The notes beneath the pieces are model-generated. The model saw only the letters and a program-made list of their open reading frames with translations, searched no databases and had not been told where the DNA came from. DNA of 64,000 bases from Bythopirellula sp. (lineage in GTDB: Bacteria > Planctomycetota > Planctomycetia > Pirellulales > Lacipirellulaceae), in contig OZ244170.1 of NCBI GenBank assembly GCA_965216565.1, positions 3,392,001 through 3,456,000 on the forward strand, given 5' to 3'. Positions 42,104 through 52,475 of the stretch are shown here, one piece after another; position 1 is the first letter of the stretch; every line of letters starts with the position of its first letter. A program made the translations under genes and the position numbers.

Positions 42104-42144
42104 CGACAGCCCCCGACGATAGCCCCCGTCAAAGGGTTTTTACT

Positions 42145-42177
42145 ACCCCGCTACGTTCCACGTGGCGGGGTTTTTTT
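42145..42177 (+). terminator. Intrinsic terminator of the sigma factor gene
   Basis: CCCCGCTACG/CGTGGCGGGG stem followed by T7. Confidence 0.9.
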
Positions 42178-42320
42178 ATTGAATACGGAGACACGGAGGG
42201 CACGGAGAAGATTGAGACAGGTTGCCTCGGCGACTCGCCGAGGCGAGATGACTGGATTGGCAGGATGAACCGGATGAAATGCGTGCTGGCCGATAAGACA
42301 CGGACAGAATGGACACTGTC

Positions 42321-42460
42321 GTAGGGTGGTGGCGACAGGCCCATCGATGGAGAAGATGCAATGCCCTGAGAATTGATGGGCTGCCGCAATGCTTTGGCTA
42401 GTTCTACTGATCTACATCAACCTATTTGGTGTGCCGCCGCTCCGCTTTGGCACACCCTAC
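42321..42460. repeat. REPIN-like inverted REP pair (GTAGGGTG...CACCCTAC)
   Basis: GTAG-initiated ends; right copy contains a GGTGTGCC/GGCACACC hairpin. Confidence 0.6.
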
Positions 42461-42675
42461 CTACTCTAAAGCATTCTGATTCTTACTTTCTCAATTTGCG
42501 ATTCAAAAGAGCTCCGCGGCGAGATCCCACTGCGCCTTAGCGCCTCTGCGAGACGCGATAAACACGACCGACAACTTTTCTCCCAAACCAACTTGATTCG
42601 CACACTATATTACTATACATTTGATCACCTTCGTGCGACATACCCAAAACACTTCTTCCCCGCAGGAGACTCACG

Positions 42676-43176
42676 ATGAGTTACGCTGATTCGATTCTGC
42701 CTGAGTTCGAGCAAGAGATGGCCAATACCCGCAAGGTGCTTGAGGCGGTGCCGAACGACAAGCTCGATTGGAAGCCGCATGAAAAGTCGAACACGATCGG
42801 CTGGAACGCCAACCATTTGGCAGAGATTGTGAACTGGGTCGAGGGAACCTTTGCCGCTCCGGAGTGGGATATCGGCCTGGAAGGGACCGAGGCCTATCAT
42901 TCACCGACGCTTGAGTCTCGCGAAGAAATACTCGCCCTGTTCGACAAGGGCGTGGCCGACGCGCGGCGCACGATTGAATCTGCAACTGAAGAATCCGTGA
43001 ACGAAATGTGGTCGCTGAAAGACAATGGCAAGACATTGATCGAGGTGCCACGTGGCGTGACTGTCCGAACCTTCATTCTCAACCACACCATCCATCATCG
43101 TGCGATACTGTGTGTGTATCTGCGGATGAACGACGTCCCCGTGCCGGGGATGTATGGTCCCTCGGGAGATGAGTAG
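42676..43176 (+). CDS. DinB family protein
   Basis: WKPHEKS, ANHLAE, NHTIHHRA..YLR, VPGMYGPS. Confidence 0.92.
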   Translation: MSYADSILPEFEQEMANTRKVLEAVPNDKLDWKPHEKSNTIGWNANHLAEIVNWVEGTFAAPEWDIGLEGTEAYHSPTLESREEILALFDKGVADARRTIESATEESVNEMWSLKDNGKTLIEVPRGVTVRTFILNHTIHHRAILCVYLRMNDVPVPGMYGPSGDE

Positions 43177-43239
43177 ACTTTCCAGCAATTGTAGCCACAC
43201 CTGTTGCTTACGCCTTAAGGCTTTGCGAAAGGCTCGGCG

Positions 43240-44154
43240 TTAGAGTAGCGACTTCGGTTTCTTTCGCTGGCGCGATTCCAGGGTTGTGCCGTTGGCTGTG
43301 CTGGGCGCACTGGCCACGGGATCGGCGGGGCCGTCGAGATCGTCGCCCTGACGCACCGACTTTAGTCGATCGGTGGCGTACTTCACGTAGTCGTCGGAGA
43401 GTTCGCAACCCAGAAATTCGCGGCCTAGTTTCTTAGCCACCGCGAGTGTTGTGCCGCTACCGGCAAAGGGATCGAGAACCAACTCGCCCTGGTTCGAGCT
43501 CGCACGGATAATCCGCCCCAGCAGTTGCTCGGGCATTTGACAACCGTGGAAGCCTTGCCGTTCTTTGAACGTGCCCGCTACGCGAGAAAAATACCAGGTG
43601 TCTTGCTCCGGATCGAAACCATAGGCATCGCTCTGAAAATCTTGCGGACGCAAGATCCAGGTGTCGTCCGGCAATCGCCCTGCCGGGTTGGCTCGCTTGT
43701 CGCCATAGACCAGCGCCCGAGCCGAAGGGACGCGGATTGCTTTGTCGTCGGCGTTGAAAGTGAACTGCTTTTCGTCTTTCACAAAATGAAACAGATGTGC
43801 GTGCGACCGGCTGAACTTCTTCTTGCAGTTCACGCCAAACGTGTAGTACCACACGACCCAGCTCCGTGTAGAGAATCCGACTTCCCGCTGGGCCGCGACT
43901 TTTAGCTCCGCCGCATACTCATCGCCAATCGCAAGCCAAAACGTACCACTTGGCTTTAGTACCCGATGTACCTCACTAATCCAATCGCTACACCAGGCGA
44001 TGTATTTCTCGTCGTCCTGGCGATCGTCGTACTGGTCGTACTCGAAGCCAATATTAAACGGCGGATCGGCAAACACCAGGTCGACACTTTCGTCGTCGAT
44101 CTTGTGCATCAGCTTCAGGCAATCGCCTTGGTGGATCTTCCCTGACTTGAGCAT
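43240..44154 (-). CDS. Orphan DNA methyltransferase (N6-A/N4-C, beta class)
   Basis: DPPF catalytic motif precedes the [12 protein letters not shown]-binding motif. Confidence 0.92.
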   Translation of the reverse strand: MLKSGKIHQGDCLKLMHKIDDESVDLVFADPPFNIGFEYDQYDDRQDDEKYIAWCSDWISEVHRVLKPSGTFWLAIGDEYAAELKVAAQREVGFSTRSWVVWYYTFGVNCKKKFSRSHAHLFHFVKDEKQFTFNADDKAIRVPSARALVYGDKRANPAGRLPDDTWILRPQDFQSDAYGFDPEQDTWYFSRVAGTFKERQGFHGCQMPEQLLGRIIRASSNQGELVLDPFAGSGTTLAVAKKLGREFLGCELSDDYVKYATDRLKSVRQGDDLDGPADPVASAPSTANGTTLESRQRKKPKSLL

Positions 44155-44159
44155 GGGGG

Positions 44160-44194
44160 ATGTTTGATGTGAGATGTGAGATTGTTGATGTCAG
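44160..44194. repeat. Heptamer tandem repeat (ATGTGAG-like x5)
   Basis: ATGTTTG ATGTGAG ATGTGAG ATTGTTG ATGTCAG; related sequence at 59526-59604. Confidence 0.65.
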
Positions 44195-44300
44195 ACCGAT
44201 CGCGCCTGCTCATGTTAATGAATCTCACAGAAATCTCAATGCGATGCTACTTCGCACTGAAATCTTGCGACTTTTTAGAGTCACAGAATGTGTGAGGAAA

Positions 44301-44696
44301 TTAATTTGACGCGCGAAGCTCGGCCAGCTTTTGTGCGGTGCCGACGAGTCGATCCCAGTTTTCCTGGATATACTCGGGCGGGCCACCCACTTGGGCCATC
44401 ACCACGGCCGCCTTTTCGGTTGGCACCATTTCGATGGCATCCCAGGGACAGACCAAGAGTTCGTAGGGATTCGATTTCTTACCGGGGATGTGCACGCACA
44501 CTTCGCATCCGACACACCGCTCGAGATCGATCTCGCACCATTGCTGTGTACCCTTGATGATCCCGCGATCGGTTTTCTTCAGCTCGATACAATCGACCGG
44601 GCAGACCTCCAAACACGATTCGCAGCCCGTGCAGTTATCGGCATTGATGATTGCCAACTCCTTGGGGACCTTCTTTCTTGGACCTTGTTTAGCCAT
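44301..44696 (-). CDS. 4Fe-4S dicluster ferredoxin
   Basis: CTGCESCLEVCP and CVGCEVC...CP. Confidence 0.9.
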   Translation of the reverse strand: MAKQGPRKKVPKELAIINADNCTGCESCLEVCPVDCIELKKTDRGIIKGTQQWCEIDLERCVGCEVCVHIPGKKSNPYELLVCPWDAIEMVPTEKAAVVMAQVGGPPEYIQENWDRLVGTAQKLAELRASN

Positions 44697-44743
44697 ATCT
44701 AGTTGCGAGTCTTCAGGCGCCAGGCGCGAGTTTTGCGGAACAA

Positions 44744-44769
44744 TAGCCGCGATCTGATAGATCGCTGGG
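44744..44769 (+). repeat. REP-like hairpin, TAGCCGCGA family
   Basis: TAGCC-GCGATC-TGATA-GATCGC-TGGG. Confidence 0.55.
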
Positions 44770-44773
44770 ACAT

Positions 44774-44789
44774 TGTGAAATCTATCACA
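44774..44789. promoter_or_regulatory. Perfect CRP-type box upstream of the ferredoxin gene
   Basis: (AT)TGTGA-AATCTA-TCACA(AT). Confidence 0.7.
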
Positions 44790-44961
44790 ATCTTACCTTA
44801 CTATCGGCTTGCGGCCAACTGGGGCTTGGGCGGAATTCTCACTAAATGGGCCAGTCCAGCCCGCGTTTCACTGAATAGAGGACTCGTCTAAACTATCTGC
44901 CAGTGGTGGCATTGCTGGCCAATTTATTAGTCGTTGCGGGACTCTCAGTGCGGACTCGATC

Positions 44962-45531
44962 ATGGCCAAGTGGCTCTCCACTCGCAATCTCTCCACTTAC
45001 GCCCTGCTGGCAACAGTTGCTGGTACTGTAGCCGTTCTGCATTGGCTGGGACGAGGCTGGTGGTGTGAATGCGGCAACTCCCAGATTTGGATCGGCGACG
45101 CCAATAGTTCCCATACTTCTCAACACTTTGTCGACCCCTATAGCTTCACGCATTTCCAGCATGGGCTGGTGCTCTTCTGGCTTGTTGGTTGGGCAGGTAA
45201 GAAGCTCAAATTGCCTTGGCAACGCTGGCTAGCAATTACCATCGAGTGTGGCTGGGAAATTCTTGAAAACACGCCGCTAATCATCGACCGCTATCGTCAA
45301 GCCACTGCGGCCCTTGGTTATTCGGGCGATTCGATTTTCAACAGCCTTGGCGATATCGGTTGCTGCCTGGCAGGATTCTACGCCGCTCGCCGTCTCGGTT
45401 GGCGAAACACATGGATTGTGTTCTTCGTCATCGAAGCAGGACTCTTGATCACTATCCGCGATTGCCTACTGATGAACGTGCTGATGCTGGCCGTGGATGT
45501 TCCCTGGCTGAAAGAGTGGCAACAAGGGTAG
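44962..45531 (+). CDS. DUF2585 (UPF0314) membrane protein
   Basis: GRGWWCECG, SSHTSQHFVDPYSFTH..HG, WEILENTPLIIDRYR, YSGDSIFNS. Confidence 0.9.
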   Translation: MAKWLSTRNLSTYALLATVAGTVAVLHWLGRGWWCECGNSQIWIGDANSSHTSQHFVDPYSFTHFQHGLVLFWLVGWAGKKLKLPWQRWLAITIECGWEILENTPLIIDRYRQATAALGYSGDSIFNSLGDIGCCLAGFYAARRLGWRNTWIVFFVIEAGLLITIRDCLLMNVLMLAVDVPWLKEWQQG

Positions 45532-45546
45532 GACTCGGATCACACG

Positions 45547-46065
45547 CTACTCAATCGTAATGTCGACCATCAGATCACCCGCTACTCGTTCGAGCGCTGT
45601 GCGGAGCGAATTGGCCGTGACGTTTGCCGGCAGGCGAAGTAAGGCATTGGCGCGGAACAGAGGCTGCCCCGAGTTGGGGGCGTTTGTGCACTCGGTGTTG
45701 AGTTCTTCCACATTCACACCCTGGGCTGCCAGTACTTGGCTCACTTCTCTCACAATTCCTGCACGATCTTGGCCAACGAGTGACAAATGCACTAAGGGGC
45801 TAGATGACTGCTCCCCTTCCGCACTGTCGGGCAGCACAACCGACTGCAAGCCTGAGTCGGTTAGTCCCTTGATAGCAGCAGTGAGCGATTTGGCACCGTC
45901 GGCATCGACCTCCACGCGCAGAATGCCGGCAAACTGTCCTGCCAGGTGCGCCATGCGGCTTTCAATCCAGTTGCCACCGTGCTCGGCGACCAATTCGGAT
46001 AGCGAACCCACCAATCCTGGCCGATCTTGACCGAGAACTGTCAACACAAGGGAAGTCTTACTCAT
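45547..46065 (-). CDS. Tandem ACT-domain protein (GcvR-like)
   Basis: GQDRPGLV, ESRMAHLAGQFAG, GQDRAGIV. Confidence 0.88.
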   Translation of the reverse strand: MSKTSLVLTVLGQDRPGLVGSLSELVAEHGGNWIESRMAHLAGQFAGILRVEVDADGAKSLTAAIKGLTDSGLQSVVLPDSAEGEQSSSPLVHLSLVGQDRAGIVREVSQVLAAQGVNVEELNTECTNAPNSGQPLFRANALLRLPANVTANSLRTALERVAGDLMVDITIE

Positions 46066-46075
46066 GGTTAGTGAC

Positions 46076-47368
46076 TTAGCTCTTGGGGATAACTTCGCCG
46101 CGAACGATGTCTTCAAAGGTTTGCCGCTCACGCACTACGTTTGCCTTGCCATTTTCAATCAGTATCTCCGCGGCAAGCGGCTTGCTGTTGTAATTGCTAC
46201 CCATCACTGCGCCGTAAGCACCCGCGCAACCGATTACCAGAAAATCTCCCACGGCAGCTTCGGGAAGTGGCCGACTACTAACGAATCCGCCCTCGTCCTG
46301 CGTAAAAATATCGCCCGACTCGCATAACGGCCCACCTACCACGACTTCGATATCCCTGGGTTGGGGACGACCCGGCTCTCTTTCCCCTGCCGCGTAGCAG
46401 ATTGCCATGGGATGGTAAGCACCATACAGGATCGGCCTCGCCAAATTGTTGAATCCCGCATCGACCAGATAATACAGTTTGGACCCCATCTGCTTGATTG
46501 CACGAATCTCCGCAATCAAACTACCGCACTCAGCGGCCAGGTAACGACCGGGCTCGATCTCCAAGCTCACCGGATGGCCAAATTTTTCAGCCAGTTTCTG
46601 TCGTGTGCTATCCCATAGTTGGTAATAGCCTGAAAGGTCAACCGGCTCGTCTTCATTACGATACGGAGTCGGCACCCCACCGCCGGCGCTAATCGAAGTG
46701 ACCGAGGAGCCCACCTGCGCAGCTATTTTTTCCATCGCTCCGCAGACTTGGCTCAGATGCTCCATGTCGGTGCCCGAGCCAATATGCATGTGCATGCCGG
46801 TGATCGAGATATCGTATTTTGCGGCTCGAGCAATGCAATCATCGACATCAGCGTGCCAGATGCCGTGCTTCGATCCTTCGCCCCCCGTGTTCGTTTTCTG
46901 GCTGTGGCCGTGACCGAAGCCGGGGTTAATCCGCAACGTGATTTCACTCCCCGGCGCCCGTTCGCCCAATTGATTGATCATATCGGGCGAACCGCAGTTG
47001 ACGGGCAGCTTATGCTCTACAACCAAATCTAGCGCTTCGTGATCGAAAATGTCGGCCGTGTAGACGATTTCTGGAGGATCCGTCTTGCCACTCTCGTATC
47101 CTGCTGCCAAGGCTCGGCGAACTTCGCCTGCGCTCACCGCATCGACCACAACGTTGTGTCGCCGCATCAGGTCCAGAATAGCCAGATTCGAACTTGCCTT
47201 CTGGGCGTATCGAATCGTGTCGAATTCAGATAGATCATTGATCCGCTCAACGATGGTGGCAGCGTCGTACACGTAGACGGGCGTGCCAAACTTGCTGGCC
47301 AAATCGCCAATCGAATGGCCAGCTATCTCGCTGACGATGGTGGGAAATCTCTCAGTATGCATTGCCAT
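46076..47368 (-). CDS. lysA: Diaminopimelate decarboxylase
   Basis: YAQKA, HMHIGSG, EPGRYL, GPLCESGD, GAYG..MGSNYN. Confidence 0.96.
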   Translation of the reverse strand: MAMHTERFPTIVSEIAGHSIGDLASKFGTPVYVYDAATIVERINDLSEFDTIRYAQKASSNLAILDLMRRHNVVVDAVSAGEVRRALAAGYESGKTDPPEIVYTADIFDHEALDLVVEHKLPVNCGSPDMINQLGERAPGSEITLRINPGFGHGHSQKTNTGGEGSKHGIWHADVDDCIARAAKYDISITGMHMHIGSGTDMEHLSQVCGAMEKIAAQVGSSVTSISAGGGVPTPYRNEDEPVDLSGYYQLWDSTRQKLAEKFGHPVSLEIEPGRYLAAECGSLIAEIRAIKQMGSKLYYLVDAGFNNLARPILYGAYHPMAICYAAGEREPGRPQPRDIEVVVGGPLCESGDIFTQDEGGFVSSRPLPEAAVGDFLVIGCAGAYGAVMGSNYNSKPLAAEILIENGKANVVRERQTFEDIVRGEVIPKS

Positions 47369-47420
47369 GTAGGTTCTCTCGACTCTGGGCTCTCAGCTCT
47401 GAACTGTTGATTCCGTCAGT

Positions 47421-47461
47421 ATAACAAAGCGGGCACCGATCTTACAGCGACCGGTGCCCGC
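47421..47461 (-). terminator. Probable intrinsic terminator
   Basis: GCGGGCACCG/CGGTGCCCGC stem followed by TTTGTTAT on the minus strand. Confidence 0.65.
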
Positions 47462-47495
47462 GTGAGTTCAACAAATTCCAAGCTTCAGGGATTGG

Positions 47496-49238
47496 CTAGA
47501 AGCCTCGGCCAGCGCCGGCGGCCTGAGCCTGTGCCTGCATGGCCGCCATACCGATGGCACGCAGCACACCCTCTTCCGCTTCGAAGCGAGTGAGGATTCC
47601 ACCCGGTATTGACTTAGCGACGATCCGAATATGATCTCGGCCAGCCGATTCCTCGGAGAGCATGGTGGCGATTCCCTCGACCATGGCTTTCTCATCACCT
47701 TCGACGAATTCAACGGCCATGTTCATGATTTGCTGCAGCGAAATCGTGAATTCCATGGGTGGCACCGCTTTGCCTGGATTGGCAAGTGAAGTGTCGATGA
47801 CCGACTTTGCCGTATCGAGGCATTCACGCCCCAGAGCAAAATAGACAGACTGTTTGCCGATTCCGACGGCTACGTCCATTGTTTCGCCAAAAAGCTGGCG
47901 AGCCTCTTCCTCATCGTCAGGAAGCGGGACTTGCATCGTATGAAAGTTGACGTCGCCATGATTGGCAGCGTCCCATTGGATGCCAGGAAAATCCTCATCC
48001 TTTTCGGCGACTTCCTCGATCTTCTTGAGTCCACTCAAGACTTTGGTTGGCTCGCCAATAAATCCACCAGCGACAAATGTGAGCGAGCTTGGTGCCAGAT
48101 TCAGCACCATCCCGCCATCTAGCATACCCGTCTGCAAAGTTGCCTGTGCGGCATCCAAGAAATCGTCCATGGCACTTTGGACGGTTTGCTTCGCCTCTTC
48201 CGTCTTCAGCTCGGCTTCTTTATCAACGGCTGCCTTTACCTGCTTACGAATGGCACCAAACATTTGCTCAATCTGGGCAATATCGGCCTCCGTCATTTTG
48301 GAGGTAATCGTCATCGTAGCTGCGGCTTCGGGTTGGTAGAAACCTGCAAAATTTGTCTTTGAATCGCCGTACATGGCCACTTGCTCGGCAAGCTTAGAGC
48401 CTTCTACCGCTGTATAGACAAAGTCAAGAAATGCACGTTGCTCACTCCCGTCCAAGGACAAGCCAATGGTTAGCTGATCGATATCGTTAATAAGCTGCTT
48501 GAGCTGCTCGATTTGCATCGCAGTGACTTCTTTGCGTGCTTCGTACTGCTCGTCTGTTTCGTCCTCAAGCTTTCGCAACCCAGCTTGCATACCTTGCTCG
48601 AGAGCATCGACTGCACTCTCCCGGTACGGCTGAGGAATATTTTGGATATCGACCTTGGCACCCAAATCGTAGTCGCCTGTAATCTCCGACAGCAGCTCCG
48701 AGGGATCGTCCGGAATCGATTCCAACATTTGTTGCATGGGTGAAACAAAAGCCCAGCCGTTCTTCTCTTTCAGGAATACCGGTTGTTGGGGAGTTTCGAC
48801 CCGCGTAATGCCGTTTCCGACATCTTCGGTGGTGAACCCAAACAACTGCAATGGTTGGAGTAACTTTTGAAGGTCCGTCACTGGCAGACAAGCTGCTCCG
48901 TTGAACTCCGCGCCATCGGACTGCACGATAACACCAATCGGCTTGGTTTTATCTAAGCCCTGAACGTAGCCCATGATCATTGGCTCGATCATTGCGCCCA
49001 ACTGTGGCTGGCCGGCCAGGCTGCCTGCGAAGTTGATGTCTTCGATCAAGGCGTCGTACCCCGAGAGCGCAATAACGGCCAGCGGTTTCATTTCGCCAGT
49101 CGCTGCCTGTGCGGAGTCGGGTTCTTCCAATAGCACTGCGTCTTGCGCAAAAGCCATAGGCCCAATGGAAGTCCCCAGAACCATAGCGACGCAAAGCGAC
49201 GCCAGGGTTAACCAACGAGAACGTTTGAGATTGATCAC
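47496..49238 (-). CDS. Secreted/periplasmic acidic hypothetical protein
   Basis: AGAGGAG RBS, signal peptide ending AFA, 580 aa. Confidence 0.8.
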   Translation of the reverse strand: MINLKRSRWLTLASLCVAMVLGTSIGPMAFAQDAVLLEEPDSAQAATGEMKPLAVIALSGYDALIEDINFAGSLAGQPQLGAMIEPMIMGYVQGLDKTKPIGVIVQSDGAEFNGAACLPVTDLQKLLQPLQLFGFTTEDVGNGITRVETPQQPVFLKEKNGWAFVSPMQQMLESIPDDPSELLSEITGDYDLGAKVDIQNIPQPYRESAVDALEQGMQAGLRKLEDETDEQYEARKEVTAMQIEQLKQLINDIDQLTIGLSLDGSEQRAFLDFVYTAVEGSKLAEQVAMYGDSKTNFAGFYQPEAAATMTITSKMTEADIAQIEQMFGAIRKQVKAAVDKEAELKTEEAKQTVQSAMDDFLDAAQATLQTGMLDGGMVLNLAPSSLTFVAGGFIGEPTKVLSGLKKIEEVAEKDEDFPGIQWDAANHGDVNFHTMQVPLPDDEEEARQLFGETMDVAVGIGKQSVYFALGRECLDTAKSVIDTSLANPGKAVPPMEFTISLQQIMNMAVEFVEGDEKAMVEGIATMLSEESAGRDHIRIVAKSIPGGILTRFEAEEGVLRAIGMAAMQAQAQAAGAGRGF

Positions 49239-49601
49239 AACGATTTCTCCTCTGTTAAGAAATTGGTAATTCGCGTCTCGTAGGTGGTACGAGATATTGG
49301 CTCACAAAACTGTTTGGGTGAGTTTCATTGCGAGGGGCGGGTGCGCACCGCTACACGCAGCGCAAAGGGTCCGCTGGTACTAGTACGCATGTCTGGTTGC
49401 TGGAGTTCCCTACTTAGGCAGGAAATAACCCACCTGGGAAATGCAGCAGACCGCCAGTTATAACGCTATTCGCCACCACGTACGAGATTATTGGCAGCGT
49501 TGGACAGAAAATAGTCGAGAAACCCAAACGAAACACGTGCACAATCTACAAATCGCTCCGTAGATTCACACAATTTGGGGGGGCTAACTGGCAGAACGGG
49601 C

Positions 49602-49826
49602 TTATCGTTCTCGATAGGTGATACGTCCCTTGGTCAGGTCGTAGGGGGACAGTTCCACCCGTACCTTGTCACCGGGAACGATACGGATGAAGTGCTTGCG
49701 CATTCTTCCTGCCACATGGGCCTGGACGATATGTCCGCCTTCGATTTCAACGCGGAAACGCGTATTGGCTAGGGCCTGGGTTACAACACCCTCGACCTCG
49801 AGTGCCTCTTCTTTTTGCTTTGCCAT
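49602..49826 (-). CDS. infA: Translation initiation factor IF-1
   Basis: [42 protein letters not shown]. Confidence 0.97.
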   Translation of the reverse strand: MAKQKEEALEVEGVVTQALANTRFRVEIEGGHIVQAHVAGRMRKHFIRIVPGDKVRVELSPYDLTKGRITYRER

Positions 49827-50289
49827 AAACTCCTCAATGAGAGATGCTTCAAGTAGAACTAACAGACAACTATTCGGGCCATTCCGGCCAATGTCAACTC
49901 GCAAGCATAGCACGCGGCAGTACTTGCGTCGAGAGTTTACATCCAGCCTCGTGGAGAAATCCAGCAGTTTTAAGGCCTGAAACCAAAATCACCGCCGATA
50001 CCCCCACTTCTCCACCGTTGTTCTAAGAGTCTTGCCGGAAGCTTCAATTTCAGCCTAATTTGCCAGTTATCGCGATTGCCGAGCCCCGCAAATGTGCGAA
50101 TACACCCGCTAGCACCCGCTCCCCCGTTTGACGTAACTCGTTTGCGGGCGACAATGTATGATAGGGGGCAAAGCAGCCAAGTGACTTCTGTGGCGGGCTA
50201 TCTAGCCCACTCCCCTATCACTCGCAAACTGCTTGCATAATGGTCTGTTTTTTGGCTCTGTAGGCACGTTTTATAGCGATTTATTCTCA

Positions 50290-52425
50290 GTGAGCACTTC
50301 TCCCCACTCCAATCCTTCGCAAGGCTCGGCTCAACCACCGTCTGGCTCGGTTGACGAAGACGCCGTCCAACGTGCAAAGCACGAAATCCAAGGGCTCGTC
50401 CAAGAGGTCGTCGAGCTTTCCCGCTCGGAGATCGAACCCGCCGAATTCTATGCGGCTCTGATGGACAAATCGATTTCCGCTTTAGCAGCAATTGGCGGCG
50501 TGGTGTGGATCCAAGAAGAAGGCGCGCCACTCAAGCTGGAATACCAAGTCAACCTGCGACAAACCGGTTTGGCCGAGAGCGAAGAAGCGCAAATCCAGCA
50601 TGGTCGATTGCTGCAGCAGGTCATCGAAAAAGGCGAGCCGACGCTCGTGCAGCCCCACTCGGGAACAGGCGCCGCTGCGGACGGCGACGAAAATGCTGCA
50701 GCAAATCCGACCGACTACCTATTGGTGCTAGCCCCCATCAAGAGCGACCGAGGCGTTGACGGAGTGGTTGAGGTGTTTCAGCGCACCGGCGCCCGACCGA
50801 CCACACAGCGCGGTTATCTCCGCTTTCTCAATCAAATCTGCGAACTTGCAGGCGAGTACGTCAAGACCCGACGACTACGGCACTTCGCCACGAAGCAATC
50901 TTTATGGGAGCAGCTTGAAGCCTTTACGGCGCTGGTGCACGAATCGCTGAATTCCCGCGAGACTGCCTACACGATTGCCAACGAAGGGCGGCGCTTGGTG
51001 GGCTGCGATCGAGTAACCGTCGCCTTGAAAAAGGGCAGCAAATATCAGATTGCCGCCATCAGCGGGCAAGATACGTTCGACAAACGATCCAATGTTGTGC
51101 GGATGCTCCGCAAATTGGCCACGGTTGTTTCCAAATCGGGCGAAGACCTGTGGTTTACCGGAGATACTTCCGACTTGGCCCCGCAAGTTGAAAAAGCGGT
51201 GAACGCTTACGTCGACGAATCGCACACCAAGCAAATTGCTGTCCTGCCCCTTCGCGAGCCAAGCGACGAAGAGGACAAGCCAGGCGAGCCCAAGAAAAAG
51301 AAGCGTGAAAACATTCTCGGCACGATCATCATTGAACAACTCGTTGATAGTCGCCAGCCTGAAGGAATGTTACAACGTATCGACGTGGTGCGGCGACATA
51401 GCTCTACCTCGCTTACCAACGCGCAGGAACATGAAAGCTTATTCCTGATGCCTCTTTGGCGATTGCTGGGCAAAACAAGTGTGCTCGTTACCGCCCGCAA
51501 TCTGCCCAAGACGATTCTCGGCCTGGCGGCACTAATCGGCGTTATCAGTGCCCTGTGCTATGTGCCTTACGAATTCACCGTGGTTGCCGAAGGCAAAATG
51601 TTGCCCGAAGTGCGTCGAGATATTTTTGCCACGATCGACGGTATGGTGGAAGAAGTTCATGTCGATCACGGCGATTTGGTGAGCCAAGGACAATTGCTCA
51701 CGGTGCAGTCGAGCATTGAACTGCAGGAGCAGGCAATCCAACTGCAAGGACGTCTGGCAGAAACCATCGAAGAGCTCTCTTCCTTAGAGCAACAACGCAA
51801 ACTGCTGGATCCAATCGAAGCCGACCCAGCAGAGATGGAACGACTTACCGGGCAGATCACCCAACGCCACGAATCCCGGCTTGCGCTTGAGAAGCAACTT
51901 GCTTTGCTAGACACCAAGAAAGAAATGCTGCGGACGACCAGTCCTATCGACGGCCGTTTAGTGACCTGGAAACTGCGTGAGTTGATCGAGAATCGCCGCG
52001 TCAGCAAGGGTCAAAGGCTAATGGAAATTGCCGATCCCTCCAGCGATTGGGAGCTTGAGATTCAGGTTCCTGAAGCCAAGATGGGACATATCGTCGAACG
52101 ACTGAAAACAATTCAGGCGGACGACCCCGATGCAATGCTGGAAGTTTCCTTCATTCTCGAAACCCATTCTGACGAACGCCTCACGGGACGAATTCACAAA
52201 ATCGACACGAATGCCGAGGTTCATGGCGAAGACGGCAACACTGTGAAAATGGTCGTGAAGTTTGACCAGGAAGAATTGAAGCGAGTTGTGGCCGATCCGG
52301 CTAATGAGCTGAAGGTTGGTGCCGATGTCAAAGCAAAAGTCCTCTGCGGCAAACGGGCCATAGGCTACGTTTGGTTCTCCGACCTGTTCGAGTTTGTGCA
52401 GTCGCGGATCTTGTTCCGCTTCTAA
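50290..52425 (+). CDS. GAF-domain HlyD-family adaptor protein
   Basis: two GAF-like regions, TM, lipoyl-like half motifs (ATIDGMVEEVHV..GDLV; SPIDG) and coiled coil; start uncertain. Confidence 0.85.
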   Translation: MSTSPHSNPSQGSAQPPSGSVDEDAVQRAKHEIQGLVQEVVELSRSEIEPAEFYAALMDKSISALAAIGGVVWIQEEGAPLKLEYQVNLRQTGLAESEEAQIQHGRLLQQVIEKGEPTLVQPHSGTGAAADGDENAAANPTDYLLVLAPIKSDRGVDGVVEVFQRTGARPTTQRGYLRFLNQICELAGEYVKTRRLRHFATKQSLWEQLEAFTALVHESLNSRETAYTIANEGRRLVGCDRVTVALKKGSKYQIAAISGQDTFDKRSNVVRMLRKLATVVSKSGEDLWFTGDTSDLAPQVEKAVNAYVDESHTKQIAVLPLREPSDEEDKPGEPKKKKRENILGTIIIEQLVDSRQPEGMLQRIDVVRRHSSTSLTNAQEHESLFLMPLWRLLGKTSVLVTARNLPKTILGLAALIGVISALCYVPYEFTVVAEGKMLPEVRRDIFATIDGMVEEVHVDHGDLVSQGQLLTVQSSIELQEQAIQLQGRLAETIEELSSLEQQRKLLDPIEADPAEMERLTGQITQRHESRLALEKQLALLDTKKEMLRTTSPIDGRLVTWKLRELIENRRVSKGQRLMEIADPSSDWELEIQVPEAKMGHIVERLKTIQADDPDAMLEVSFILETHSDERLTGRIHKIDTNAEVHGEDGNTVKMVVKFDQEELKRVVADPANELKVGADVKAKVLCGKRAIGYVWFSDLFEFVQSRILFRF

Positions 52426-52475
52426 AGATAGGCATGCCGGCACAATTAAGGGGCCCCTCCCGAGGAACATTCAAG

